DNA of 63,767 nt, filler included, from Octopus bimaculoides (lineage: Eukaryota), in the NCBI RefSeq assembly GCF_001194135.2. It is 4 parts of 4 records of this genome, joined end to end, with 100 filler letters (N's around TTAATTAATTAA, not from the genome) between each part and the next. Parts side by side here need not be neighbours in the genome. Positions count along the whole stretch, not along the records: positions 26,036 to 43,152 come from NC_068999.1; positions 43,253 to 61,807 come from NC_068985.1; 2 more parts are not named here. One strand, written 5' to 3'. Each line of letters starts with the position of its first letter. The first letter of the stretch is position 1. The translations under genes were made by a program, and so were the position numbers. Positions 36,673 through 50,322 of the stretch are shown piece after piece. The notes beneath the pieces are model-generated. The model was not told the origin of the DNA. It did not search any database and was given only the letters and a program-made list of their open reading frames with translations.

Positions 36673-39600
36673 CCACTCAAAAGTATCATAACACAGAAAA
36701 TACATTACAGACAATCATACATTAACACTGATGATATGATGTACAAAAGCTACAATCAATAAAATACCATTAATGGATGTATCAACATCAGTTACTTCAT
36801 ACAGAGAGGTGTGTGAATTTCTGGAAACTTCGTTGAACCTATGAACTTTACTGCTGCAAAGAAACTGAACTACAAGAAAGATGCAAATAAATAAAAAAAT
36901 AAATCAATAGAATGAATTGATACAAAAATGAAATAGACAAAAGCTATGACACAGTTGTGTTTCTTGTGATTTTAATATATTTAACAGAAAAGGTGGTTTT
37001 TGTGTCTGCATGTATGTGTTTATGAGTGTGTGTGCGTGCGTGCGTGTGCGTGCGTATCCCTGTAATTCAAATTTATAAAAGACAGTAAAAGTGCATAAAA
37101 CATGATGTAGTTTTTCTATATATTTCTGTGTATAGTCCTGCAGTGAGTATCCGCGAGTAGATTTGAAATAAAAACCAATAACACTAAAGGTGGTGCCTCT
37201 GGCTAAAACCAGTAAAAGTAGTTTATATATGTATATATATATATATATATATATACTTTATTTAAAAGCAGCAGAAATATAACAAAAAAACCGTTACTCA
37301 GAGTAACNNNNNNNNNNNNNNNNNNNNNNNNNNNNNNNNNNNNNNNNNNNNNNNNNNNNNNNNNNNNNNNNNNNNNNNNNNNNNNNNNNNNNNNNNNNNN
37401 NNNNNNNNNNNNNNNNNNNNNNNNNNNNNNNNNNNNNNNNNNNNNNNNNNNNNNNNNNNNNNNNNNNNNNNNNNNNNNNNNNNNNNNNNNNNNNCATATA
37501 TATAATATACATATATATATGCATGTATGTATGTTTAGATAATTTTGAAACCGGGAATTGTTACCAGGGAACGGTAATTTTTAAAAGTGGTAGGTAAGGA
37601 CTGAGCACGATACCCTAGGGGCGAGGGTGGGGGTGGGGGTAAAAATTTGCTGCTTCTAGAAGCTGTCACATATTTGAAAATTAAGGATTGTTGAGGAAAT
37701 TGCCTCCAGCAAATTCTCTCTGTTAGGATGTCAATACTTTTTTCTAATCAATCAACCAGTGGGTAGGGTTTTATTGTTGGGTTTATGCGTATATATGTGT
37801 TTATGCGTGTATATGTATATGTATGTATGTATATATATATATCATATATATAATATATAATAATATATAGATACAGATGTACACACGCACACAGACTCTA
37901 TCTGTGTCTTTCTCACATACATACACACACATATAAGCGCCTGTTGTTATCTGTTAAACGGCAGAGTATTTATAATTAGAAAGTTCTCCCCTAGGATCCA
38001 CAAATCAGAGCAGGTTACAAACTTCTCGTTACAAAATGGAATGTATTTTCTCTCCCGGACCCAACAAATATTTTTCTCAGGGCAGAACACCTAATGCTCC
38101 GATGTTTTTTTCTTCAGAATTAACAGCAATCACAGACTTTGAGTACAAATGATCATACTTTCATTGAATATTGGTTACAATTGTGACCACACCATGTAAA
38201 TTAAAGGAGAGAAGGCTATTTCATCGCATGAAACCCCATTTCCCAAATCGTGAGTATAGTGGGAGGGAAACCTGGTTGATTTCTCTGGTATGTCTCTCAA
38301 TTACTTAGGAGCTTGTTTTTGTTGCTTAATTCTAGTTTAACCACCAATAGGTAGACACATGATCAAAAGTATTCCGTGCTTATAGTTAATTAGGGCTGGA
38401 TTATCAGTTATATCTTCGGAGAAGAGGTTAGAGGCAGTTCAAAAGAAGAAATAAGTACCATGGGTTGGTGGAGATTTGCTGCAAGAATGGATGGACAACA
38501 AGGTGTTTGCAAGAGGCTTTTGGTAAACGCATGTTTGCAATTCGTACTTTAATTAAGGCCTATGGAGCTCAGCCATGTCAGTTTGCTGAAGGACAATAAC
38601 AAAGAACAACGAAGAGGTTGCTCAGAAAGTGACAAGAAAGCTATGGCTGAAAATAGTTGATCGGTGGATTCACTACCATGCCGCTTCAACACAGGTCTAG
38701 TCTCCAACAGACTTGATCATAATGCATAAATGCAAGCTTGCTGCAAGATGCAAACATCCAGTGATCACAGGATTCAACATTGATGATAGTCCAAGCATCT
38801 ATAGATGTATATTGAATCTGATCATCATCCCGTCAGTATTTTAATATCCAGGATTAAATTATCTCGTGATTCCTTGATTTTAATCCCTACTTCGTCTCTC
38901 TCTCTCTGGCTTAAATTTTCTCCAAACGTATTTCTTCTTCAGTGCTGCCCATCTAACGCTATTGTGAAGAACGTCATTGGGTCGTTATCCACAGCCTTGT
39001 TACTATCCTCCTCCTCCTCCTCCTCCTCCTCCTCCTCCTNNNNNNNNNNNNNNNNNNNNNNNNNNNNNNNNNNNNNNNNNNNNNNNNNNNNNNNNNNNNN
39101 NNNNNNNNNNNNNNNNNNNNNNNNNNNNNNNNNNNNNNNNNNNNNNNNNNNNNNNNNNNNNNNNNNNNNNNNNNNNNNNNNNNNNNNNNNNNNNNNNNNN
39201 NNNNNNNNNNNNNNNNNNNNNNNNNNNNNNNNNNNNNNNNNNNNNNNNNNNNNNNNNNNNNNNNNNNNNNNNNNNNNNNNNNNNNNNNNNNNNNNNNNNN
39301 NNNNNNNNNNNNNNNNNNNNNNNNNNNNNNNNNNNNNNNNNNNNNNNNNNNNNNNNNNNNNNNNNNNNNNNNNNNNNNNNNNNNNNNNNNNNNNNNNNNN
39401 NNNNNNNNNNNNNNNNNNNNNNNNNNNNNNNNNNNNNNNNNNNNNNNNNNNNNNNNNNNNNNNNNNNNNNNNNNNNNNNNNNNNNNNNNNNNNNNNNNNN
39501 NNNNNNNNNNNNNNNNNNNNNNNNNNNNNNNNNNNNNNNNNNNNNNNNNNNNNNNNNNNNNNNNNNNNNNNNNNNNNNNNNNNNNNNNNNNNNNNNNNNN

Positions 39601-40021
39601 NNNNNNNNNNNNNNNNNNNNNNNNNNNNNNNNNNNNNNNNNNNNNNNNNNNNNNNNNNNNNNNNNNNNNNNNNNNNNNNNNNNNNNNNNNNNNNNNNNNN
39701 NNNNNNNNNNNNNNNNNNNNNNNNNNNNNNNNNNNNNNNNNNNNNNNNNNNNNNNNNNNNNNNNNNNNNNNNNNNNNNNNNNNNNNNNNNNNNNNNNNNN
39801 NNNNNNNNNNNNNNNNNNNNNNNNNNNNNNNNNNNNNNNNNNNNNNNNNNNNNNNNNNNNNNNNNNNNNNNNNNNNNNNNNNNNNNNNNNNNNNNNNNNN
39901 NNNNNNNNNNNNNNNNNNNNNNNNNNNNNNNNNNNNNNNNNNNNNNNNNNNNNNNNNNNNNNNNNNNNNNNNNNNNNNNNNNNNNNNNNNNNNNNNNNNN
40001 NNNNNNNNNNNNNNNNNNNNN

Positions 40022-40408
40022 CAGTCATTTGACTGCGGCCATGCTGGAGCACCGCCTTTAGTCGAATCAAATCGACCCCAGGACTTATTCTTTGTAAGCC
40101 TAGTACTTATTCTATCGGTCTCTTTTTGCCGAACCGCTAAGTTACGGAGACCTAAGCACACCAGCATCGGTTGTCAAGCGATGTTGGGGGGACAAACACA
40201 GATACACAACATATACACACATACACATATATATATACATATATACGACGAGCTTCTTTCAGTTTCCGTCTACCAAATCCACTCACAAGGCTTTGGTCGG
40301 CCCGAGGCTATAGTAGAAGACACTTGCCCAAGGTGCCACGCAGTGGGACTGAACCCGGAACCATGTGGTTGGTATGCAAGCTACTTACCACACAGCCACT
40401 CCTACGTC
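40022..40408 (-). mobile_element. SINE family A, best-preserved bipartite copy
   Basis: tRNA-like head with A/B-box-like motifs, CORE-like GGCACCTTGGGCAAGTGTC, microsatellite spacer, and a 3' module ending GGCCGCAGTCAAATGACTG. Confidence 0.9.
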
Positions 40409-41794
40409 TGTATGTATATATCTACATATACATATAACCTCCCCCCCCACAGAAATATAAATATATATATAGATTTACAATGGTGTATACGTTTGTGGTA
40501 GACATTGATACATTTGTGTTTGTATATGTATGCACCAGTGTATGTATGTTCAAGTTCCTCGGCATACCGGCTCTTCTTTGTGTGTGAGTGTGGGCGCGTG
40601 TGTGCGTGTGAGTGCACAAATAAGCATTTGTATACTGACACACACAAACATGTGACAGTGTGAGTGGTTGTGTGAGGTGTTAAGTGTGTATGAGAGTGTG
40701 TGTGCGGGTGTTTTGTATGTATGGAAGGTGTGGTTTAATTAGTGGACTGTTTATTCTGGAAAAATTACGACCAATTCCATAATTAATCAGGATTTAGAGA
40801 AATGTGTTAGAAACCAAAATGGAAACTACGACATTCGTCAGAAAATTAAATATCCAGATTACTAGCGAACTGACGCGTGATATCACACATACTGAAATAC
40901 TAAATAGCACACACATACGTGTGTATGTATGTGTGTGTTTAAATGTGTGTGTGTGTGCGTGCGTGTGTGAGTATAGCTTTAAATATAGATAAACAAAGGG
41001 AGAGAGAGAGAGAGAGAGAGAGAAGGAGAGGAAGAGTAAAAGAAGAAAGTTTCGAACGCAGTATACGTGTAAAAACAGCCGAGAAACATCTGATATTTAT
41101 CGTTAGAAGATGAAAAAAATGTTGTTTGCCAGCAGGTCCCGCGACCGATGTATTTAAGGACAACTAAACAAAAAACAAATAATTGCTGATTTCTAGCATA
41201 AGAACAAGGCCAACAATTTTCGATAGGGGTTAATCTCTTTTGCTGATCCCAGTACTCGACATGTACTTTATTTCGTCAAGCACGGATTGGGGAAGGAGAA
41301 TTTTGAACCTGGCAAGTTTTGAACTTGGAGTGTCAAGTGCCTTGCGATATGCGTTCCGATCGGATATGTTCTGATTTTAAATCTCTCTGAGGGCGATTTT
41401 ACTTTTTATCGTGCCGGGCTCTGATAAAAGAAGGTATAGAAGAAACGTTGAGATCAATATAATTGGTTAATCAGTCTCGTTTAAGTTATAATAAAGACAA
41501 AGATACAAATAAAAAAAATAATAGTTTCTAACAAGCAGTGTTAAGGGATGGCTTTTTGAGGATACGAATAACTTGACTGGTTCTTTGTTTTATCTACATA
41601 TAAATAAAATAACACAAGTGTTGCTTAATATTTCGCTTTCGTTACCATTCTTGCTTTTTCGTATTTTACATATTCTATCGCTTGGTCTACAGACCGCTTT
41701 TTCTTTGCCTTGTCCCATTCTGTACTTCAGTCCGTTCACTTATGCACCAGCAGCATTTTGTTACTGAAGCCACAAAAATTAATAATCTTTTCTA

Positions 41795-41992
41795 CTCTAG
41801 TTACAAGGCCCGAAACTTTTGGAGAGGGGGGGCAGTCGATTAGATCGACCCCAGTACGCAACTGGTACTTAATCTATCGACACCGAAAAGCAAAGTCGAC
41901 CTTGGCGGAATTTGAACTGAGAACGTAAGGACAGACGAAATACCGCTAAGCATTTCGCCCGGCTTGGTAACGTTTTTACCAGTTCACCACCT
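41795..41992 (-). mobile_element. SINE family B, well preserved; a degenerate copy lies at about 41185-41345
   Basis: Collinear with 50118-50322 and 8387-8592. Confidence 0.9.
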
Positions 41993-42137
41993 TACATCAA
42001 AAATGAATAATATTATCGATAAGGCGTCGAAATTGTGAAGATTTTTGGCCGATAACTTATGAGGAGAGAGCGTGTTCACGTCCTCTGGTTGTGTTTTCCT
42101 GCCTTCCGTATGATACTTCGTCTTTCCGTGAAATATT

Positions 42138-42167
42138 TTCCTCCTCCTCCTCCTCCTCCTCCTCCTC

Positions 42168-42211
<44 letters not shown>
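42138..42211. repeat. Compound (CCT)n-(ACT)n microsatellite
   Basis: Read directly. Confidence 0.95.
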
Positions 42212-42212
<1 letters not shown>

Positions 42213-43252
42213 TGTGTGTGTGTATATATCTACGTATGTGTGCATATAAGTAGATACATATATAAATGCATATTTAGATTTACACATGCATGTAACTCGG
42301 AAACGCTGATATCTCGGTCTTAGCGATGGAGCCACGATTTTCGGTTAGAGTGTATCTCTTTCTTTATGGGAAGAGTTCATGACGAAAATCTGAAGGTTAG
42401 GTTATACATAAGGGTTTTATAGACATAAAATAGATATTACCTACATTAAATCATACATGTTTTTACGTTTTTTTCTTATTCAACATTTGTATATCTATGC
42501 AAATATTTTCATGCACATATGTATGACTATGTGTGTGTGTGTGTGTGTGTGAGTGAGTGCGCGCGTATGTATTATTATTATACATATCTGAAACAGCAGA
42601 GCTCATAATAACGCTATATACATATATCATTTACATTGTATTCCTGTACACACGAACCTGGAATGAGTTCCACTCAACGTCATTGTGTAGAATAACATGT
42701 TATAAATGATGTATACTGCATAATATATATGTATATATCTATATCTATATATATATATTCCGGTCAATAATCCTTTCCTTCCTTGGCTTTCACCAAGTAA
42801 CGCACGCCACCACTTTGTCTCTCTCGGTTCCGTGCCTCATCGCGTTCATACACACATAATTTTTCTCGTCTGGCCGTAAAGCCTTTTCTGTTTGTTTTCC
42901 TGTCTTGTTTTTTGTCCGCCACTACATTCCTCCATGGCTAGATTTAATTTGCGTATACAGATTTAATCTGCGATCCATGGGACGAGCCGTTTTAACGTTG
43001 CGTCCTGCCCGAAGCTCGTCGAAACGCCGGTGTTAAAACGTGGGTAGCTGATGAAGTAGAATGTTCTCTATGTGGCTCGTGTGTTCTCGCCTACGTTTGT
43101 TTGCAATGTCCTGTACCCAGATATGCACCAATACATACAGGTGGATGTCGGTNNNNNNNNNNNNNNNNNNNNNNNNNNNNNNNNNNNNNNNNNNNNTTAA
43201 TTAATTAANNNNNNNNNNNNNNNNNNNNNNNNNNNNNNNNNNNNNNNNNNNN

Positions 43253-43285
<33 letters not shown>

Positions 43286-43294
43286 TATATACAT

Positions 43295-43395
43295 GACATG
43301 ATTTAGCCGTGTACAAAGTTCACTCATACCTTGCGTACAATGACTGAACTCGAAACCTCATGATGGTAAGGCGTGCTTCTTACCCACACAACCCT
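43295..43395 (-). mobile_element. Degenerate SINE family A 5' head
   Basis: GACTGAACTCGAAACC..GCTTCTTACCCACACA. Confidence 0.5.
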
Positions 43396-45084
43396 CCTTG
43401 CCTCTTGTCTTCTGTTGTTTGTTTATTTCAACCATACGTAACCGTACGTATTACATTGACGCTTCATAGATTACATGCATACAAACAAACATCCATCACT
43501 TCATACATATATGTATATATATGTGTCTAAATATGTATGTGTGCAAATGCAATCTGAAAAATCTTTATAAGTGTGACTTCTTTTATCGTTCAAAAGTGTA
43601 ATGGCGTAGGGAGATAAGAGAAATACAGGATATAGTCTATTAAGTATGGGTTCTTGTACGTGTTTTCTTTTGCGAAGTTCCTTGTGGAAATGGGAGGTGA
43701 TGTGAGTATGAAGTTCATTACCGTCTGATTTAGAATAATCATCCTCTTTGTTTTCGTATTTGGGCGTTTTGTTTTGTTGATGACTTTTTTTTAGTTTACA
43801 ACAACTTTTTTTCTGCTTTTCATTTTTTAAAAATTGTTTTTAATATTTTATATTTCAAAATTTTACATGACAAAGCAAAGGCCAAAGTTCTTCTGAGGAA
43901 TACTCAATGTTTGATGAGATGGAGCCTGAAAATTAATCAAAGTTTGCGAGATGAATTCTGTTAGGGGTGTTTGTCGTGAAAAATAAAGAGTAAAGGAGAT
44001 ATAAATTTATCAAAAAAAGTAAAACAGTCACCAGAATATTCAAATGATTACTAACAACCATAAAATAATAACACAAAAATGCTACTTAGATGAATGAAAA
44101 CTAAACTGAAAATGTGGTTTCGTGCAGTAAATGTTAGGGGATAAACAAAACTTTAATAAAGTTAAAGAAGAAACTTCTGTAGGAATCTGATGTAATTGAT
44201 GGGAATAGAAATAAGAATTAATGAATTTGAAATGTTATAGAGTTGACAATAATTAAAAGTCTCCGCCAAAATGTGAGAAAATAAGAGAAAGGTCATCCAT
44301 ACAAATGGTATTATTTCGTATTGATGTTGTTCCTTTCTTATTTAATCTATTTTCACACTTTTTTTCACTAGAAATGTTTTGATGAATGTCTTTTAACTTT
44401 TGTGTTCCCAATTTTTGTCTCTGATGCAAGTGTCTTCCACGTCAATTAAGCTCACATGATGTGAATACCAATATTACTGTGGGTGGTAAAGTTACATATT
44501 CGACAGAATGCTCTACTCAACAGACATTAACTGTGGTATTGTGTTATGCATACATTGCAATTTAAAACACTTCTTATTGCAAGGCGACATTTAATTCATT
44601 TAATTTATAGGTGAGAGAAATAAGAATTTACATTTATCAAAATATATGGGAGGGGAAGATGAGTAGAGGCATCTTCAATTTAAGATGGAGATCACTTTTT
44701 AAGCCACACCTAGATGGGATTTTATCGGTTGCATAAGAGTATAGTGTAGCATTTTATATATTGTTAGTCCTGTTTAATTAAACGAAAGAAGTGTAGCTTT
44801 AAGACTATGACTAAACGTTTTCATAGACATATAATGACCTGGCATGGCTCAACACATAATCAACTATTATTAGTGTTTCCACTGCTAAAAGACGTACCAA
44901 GAGGCGATTGCGGATAATTTTCAACATCGCATATATATATATACGTACCCACTCGCATTCTTCATATACATGTACTTAGGCTCAATCTTTCGCATTCAAC
45001 ATTGTCATTTTTTGTCTGATTCTCCCCTTCAACGCAAATATACATATATTATCGAAATATATAAATACTAGAAAATATGTTCTA

Positions 45085-45243
45085 TATTTAAGAGATGAGA
45101 AATTATTTACATTATTTAAATTTTGACAGATTTTGTCCTCATCTTTGTTAATACAACGTTTCGGTTAATATACCCTCTAGCCTTCATCAGGTGTCTTGGG
45201 GAAATTTCGAACCTAGGGTCTCCTTCCTAAGATATCTTTTCGC
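45085..45243 (-). mobile_element. Short HHR-containing repeat (PLE pLTR-like), left copy
   Basis: Reverse complement is collinear with 45535-45690 (TTAGGAA.GAGA..GAAATTTCCCCAA.ACACCTGATGAAGGCT.GAGGGTATAT..GAAACGTTGT..). Confidence 0.8.
45150..45195 (-). ncRNA. Minimal hammerhead motif with intact core and partly mismatched stems
   Basis: Reverse complement GACAC-CUGAUGA-AGGCUAG..UUAACC-GAAA-CGUU-GUAUU. Confidence 0.7.
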
Positions 45244-45337
<94 letters not shown>

Positions 45338-45356
45338 GCTGTTGTTGTTGTTGTTG

Positions 45357-45388
<32 letters not shown>

Positions 45389-45468
45389 GTTGTTATTATT
45401 ATTATCATTATTATCATTATTATTCAGTGTCACTGCCTGGAATCGAACTTGGAATCTTNNNNNNNNNN

Positions 45469-45522
<54 letters not shown>

Positions 45523-45532
45523 TTAATAATAA
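45244..45532. repeat. (GTT)n/(ATT)n arrays, a gap, then (AAT)n
   Basis: Read directly. Confidence 0.95.
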
Positions 45533-45534
45533 TA

Positions 45535-45690
45535 GCATCGCAAAAATACCTTAGGAATGAGAATCCAAGTTGGAAATTTCCCCAAAACACCTGATGAAGG
45601 CTGGAGGGTATATCAGCTGAAACGTTGTGTTAACAGTAAACAAGATGACAAAATCCATCAAAATGTAAATAATGTAAATAATGTACTAGA
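45535..45690 (+). mobile_element. Short HHR-containing repeat, right copy
   Basis: Inverted homolog of 45085-45243. Confidence 0.8.
45586..45631 (+). ncRNA. Minimal type-I hammerhead ribozyme
   Basis: Stem I AACAC/GUGUU; CUGAUGA 45591-45597; stem II GCUG/CAGC; GAAA 45619; loopless stem III AACGUU; GUU site. Confidence 0.85.
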
Positions 45691-47499
45691 AAATAATCTG
45701 TAAAAGTAAAAGTACTCAGTTATATACCTTTTACTCAGTTTGATGTTGTGTTTGAGAGAAAGCCAGAACGATATATATCACTTGTACAGTGTAAAACTTT
45801 AGTTATATTAATTTACTATAGCTAGAGAAGGAAGGTGGATTTCATAAATTTAATTTAAGTGAATCTAGAAACAACAATTGTGAAATTTCGAATCGATTGA
45901 CTTGTAATCATTTTTCTTCGCCTATATATTTCCTTTTCACTCGAATTGTATTGTCGTGTATTATATTATCTTGAATACCGAAACAATCAAATCGAGAACA
46001 GTTCTTTCCTTTACATATTTATCATCAGTGAATGTTAACCGAACTGTAATTTGCATAACAATGAAATATAAATTCTCTGTTGTTATTGATTTATCTGTTA
46101 TTGATTGTTTTTCACGTTGTTGTAATTTCCTCTCTCAAATCTAACATGTGTGATGTATATGAAAAATATATTACTTTCGCATGCCTCTCTCGTAAAAATT
46201 ATTGCTGTTTCTATTTTAGAATTATCGCTTCGCAATATTTTTACGCTTTGATTTTGATACAGTATTTTTTTTTCTCTTGAGAAATCAGATACAAAACTAC
46301 ATGGAAATTTATCTGAGTGACATTAATTCTTTTAATTATTAACTCTTCTCTAATAAAATTTTTAATATTTCTCTTTGTCACAGATATCTGAAACTATTTT
46401 CATTTAAGATAGTGGCTGTGAAGAATGACCTGGGTAATTAATCATAAACGTCAAAAGATTCTCACACAATCTTTCTTTTCTTTTTTCCTCACTGACATAA
46501 TTATATTAATACTTTTCTCCCTACGAATAAAAAGCAATAACTGAAAGTCTTAAAGAACTCCCATTTTCCATTTGTTTATGTTAATGGATATCTTTTGTTT
46601 AGAATATGTGTCTATATTTTAGCGTGTAGTTTGATGTTGTTGGAATTAATATTGCTTTTGACCAAGAAATGCTGCCCCTTCGCAGTGACTGATACTGATA
46701 ACTGATTCGAAGAAGTTCGCTTTCTATATTGAAATAATTTGGTTTTTAATCCATATAAGTTCGATGGAAATGTATTTATAAGTTTTGGGTATATTTAGTG
46801 GTTTCATATGATTATCATACACTGGTTTGAATGTGAATATCATTTCTGTTGCACATATTTTTGATTAAATTATTCAATTGATAGATTTCACTAGCAAAAT
46901 CCCAACCGTTTCGTGAATACGCTATAAATTAAATTGATATATTCACTAAGTATGAGATCACATTATTTTTAACGTTATCATCGAAGAATTTATTTTTTAT
47001 TTTATATAAGTAATTTCTATCGCTTGTGGTGCTGAGAAAATAATCGAAATCATGAAAAATTTCCTTTCAATTGAAATACACATCACACAGCTTTCGTTAG
47101 CGATTCACAGCGACAATAACATTTCAACGGGAAAGTTAGTTATAATATTGCATGTTTACTCTTATCTGCCGTGACAGTGACGATCTTGGACATGTTTCAG
47201 TAAGAACTAGTGCAGTCTTCAGCACAGTATAGAAAACATTATACAGTTTCGTTAAAAATGCATCCACTTTATACTTCGGAAAAACATTACGAATAATTTT
47301 GGAGGACTGTATTTTGCTTTTTGTTGCACAATGAAAATCTTTGCAAGGGAACTAAAACAAATATATAATTGATCCCTTTTTGTAACAAGAGAATTTCACA
47401 TCGTAATCGACAAAATCCACCATACAAAATCGTTGGCCTTGTGCCTAAATAAGTTATTTAGAAATAACAGTGGAACAATTACTGATTTCAACCCCAAAC

Positions 47500-47800
47500 A
47501 GTTCAGCACTCTAGAGCAGTTCTTCGAGTTCTGCAGATCACCTCGACTTTTAGAAGCGTCTATGACACACTAACGTCTCCCGGAGCGAACTCCACTTCCC
47601 CTCCATTTCGAAATATATACAATATCGATCATCATCAAAGCAGCAGAGACAGTGGCTGTTGCGATGGAGTGTTGTGTCAAAGTTTATAGAATTGAAATGT
47701 TGTGATAGCTGCAGATGACCGTTTTCTGCTATCTTTCGCTGATTAACACCTGCATCCAAAGAAATACCACATCTCTACCATCAGCCATCGCATTGCTCCC
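47500..47800 (-). mobile_element. Possible Tc1-like transposase N-terminal remnant
   Basis: LDAGVNQRKIA (HTH-like) followed later by a GVRSGR (GRPR-like) echo. Very degenerate. Confidence 0.35.
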
Positions 47801-50117
47801 ACAATTTCGGTTTCCACAATCGTGTCCTGTGCTCTGTGCATCTCAACCAAATGATATCTCGTAACATCTGCAAATTTCGACAACCCTACACGCTGATATA
47901 AATACGCGAAGGATTACATTGTCACCAACCTTTTAAATTATTAATATTTGAATAATTTTGAGTGTTGAACAAGTGTACCAACCCTGGTTCAGAAAAATCA
48001 GTAATCTGTAAAGGTGGAAAGGCTTGAAAAACAATAACTCCCGAGAATTGATGCTGTACAATGTTCTTGACAATGCTGCCCCTGTCATTCACATTCAAGA
48101 ATTGTTCAACGACCAACCTTCGTCGACGCATATGAGTTGCAAGACATTTTCTTCGCTCCCTTCTCTATGATCCTATCTGCAATTGTTTCGAAATAACATT
48201 TGAGATTGACGATTTCCCCCCGTCAAAGACTGCTTAATTGGTATGATGTTTCGGTCTCAATAAGCTTGAGTTACTGAGAGCGACATGTTCAGCTTCCAGA
48301 AACAGGCTCCCGAACTACGAAACCTGTGTAATTTTAGAGTCTAGTTCGCAAATTTATAGTTTGTGTAGTCGACGATTTTAAGATATGGAAATTTATGCTA
48401 TACTTTTCAACTAGACTAGGAGACACGATGCAGATTTTACATTTTTACATTCGCAAAATCGAAATATCTGCTCGTTCTCAGGTAGAGAGTTGGTAGCGTC
48501 TAATCAGGTTTAGGAGGTTTTTATACACCCTAATCTCAGCTAGAAATGCAAAATTCAAATCCTAGACGGCCCTCTGTTCACCCACTAGCATTAAAGAGCG
48601 AGACGTTTCCAGAATATCCTCCGAACGCCTGAGGAAATAAGGATGTTTCGTCCCTTTGAAGGTGTAAATAGAAAGTAGAAGTGAAGTCATTTCCTCGGGT
48701 CTGCTCACATTCAGAACCAGCACCTTATAATTTGCGTCCAAGAAAATTGCCCATACTGTGACATTCAAAGTTCTCCGACATAACACAGGAACTCCACTTC
48801 CGCATTATGGCCGACTTGGACATAAGGAGATTATGTATCCACCGAAAATGGGGATGTGAGTATATCGATCATTAACTCTTGCCTCGCTGGTTGACACCTT
48901 ATCTATAAATATAGGCACTGGAGATCACTGAGCAAGAGGCCCTGCTCCCAAGGGGACACCAGTTCACATATTCGGGGTACTGCCATGTTCCACAACAACA
49001 AGAAGAAAGTGAAATGGGTAATTTATGTTACCCATGTGAAGCAACAGGTGTTTCGTCTCTCCAGCTCTTGATAATTCTTTCCACAAGCTATCCTATGCTT
49101 TTGTCTTCTAATTATACTCGTTCTGAAGTTTCGTAGTCCGTCGAGAAATATGTTTCCTATGGATTTCTATACGTCACGATATGTATGTATGTATTTATGT
49201 ACATACATACATACATGCATACATAATAGATACATATATATATATAATCATCTTACATAAATCTTAACAAGATTGAATATACAACTAATTATTGTATAGT
49301 TTATGACGGTCTCAATGTATCCATTGTGATTAAAATAAGAATCTGATGTATTTCATTAATATATAAATTCTATGTCTAATTCTATATCTAATTACTTGTG
49401 ACAAAATTATATCGCAAATTAAATAGTTTCCATGGAAAATATTAGTGTTTAACGAATAAACACAAATATATATTCTATTCACACCATTTGTTTAATTAGT
49501 ATTCCACTAAAAGTGTAGAAAACTGAAGCGGAAATTCAACATTACAATTGCGTGGGCATGCTGATTTTAGTGAATAATATATCCCCTAAGAGCTAAATTT
49601 AATCGCGTTCATCGAAATACTGAGATTGTTCTCTGGATAAAAGTAATGCATCCTGTGATATATGTCAAATAAATCAAAGATTATGGGGAAGTATAATTTC
49701 AGAATGATAATTAGAAAGAGACACGATGTGCAGATAGTAATAAATGGAACGTTCAGTATTGTACTGAGGAAGTGTGAATGAAATACCTGTCTCAATCACA
49801 ATGTAAATTCCTGAGATATTTCCAGCCAGATAATGTGTAGAGCAGTCACGCTTAATTGAAATAAAGCTTAGTATTGTGCAGTGAGATTTTAACTGCTTAA
49901 CCGATTAGTGAGCATGTATATATTTGTGTATGTGTGTGTGCTTGCGTATGTGAGTGAGTGCATATGTATGCATTTGTGCGCATGGAAGTGCAGGTGCGCA
50001 TATGTGTGTATTTATATATATGTATATATTCCGATTCTCCTAGCAACTTATATAATTAACGCACAAAGAAGTTACGAATATTTTATAGACAGTATGTTGA
50101 AAGTTTTTTTTCCTAAT

Positions 50118-50322
50118 CTAGGCACAAGGCCCGAAATTTTTGGGGAATAAGCCAGCAGATTAGATCGACCTCAGTACGCAACTGATACTTAATTTATCGG
50201 CCCCGAAAGGATGGAAGGCAAAGTCGACCTCGGCGGAATTTGAACTTAAAACGTAAAGACAAGACGAAATACTACTAAGCATTTCGCCCGGCTTGGTAAC
50301 GTTTCTGCAAGCTTGTCGTCTT
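50118..50322 (-). mobile_element. SINE family B, well preserved
   Basis: Contains CCCCGAAAGGATGGAAGGCAAAGTCGACCTCGGCGGAATTTGAAC. Confidence 0.9.

Noticed and set aside
9046-40167. Long ORFs in the supplied track that are mostly X, and YIYI/LSLS/poly-L/V/N/T ORFs throughout
   Set aside because: They run through N gaps or stop-free microsatellites and carry no coding evidence.
42960-43075. GACGAGC/GCTCGTC stem followed by GAAAC and a downstream CTGATGA
   Set aside because: The elements are not in an order or spacing that gives a closed type I, II or III hammerhead.
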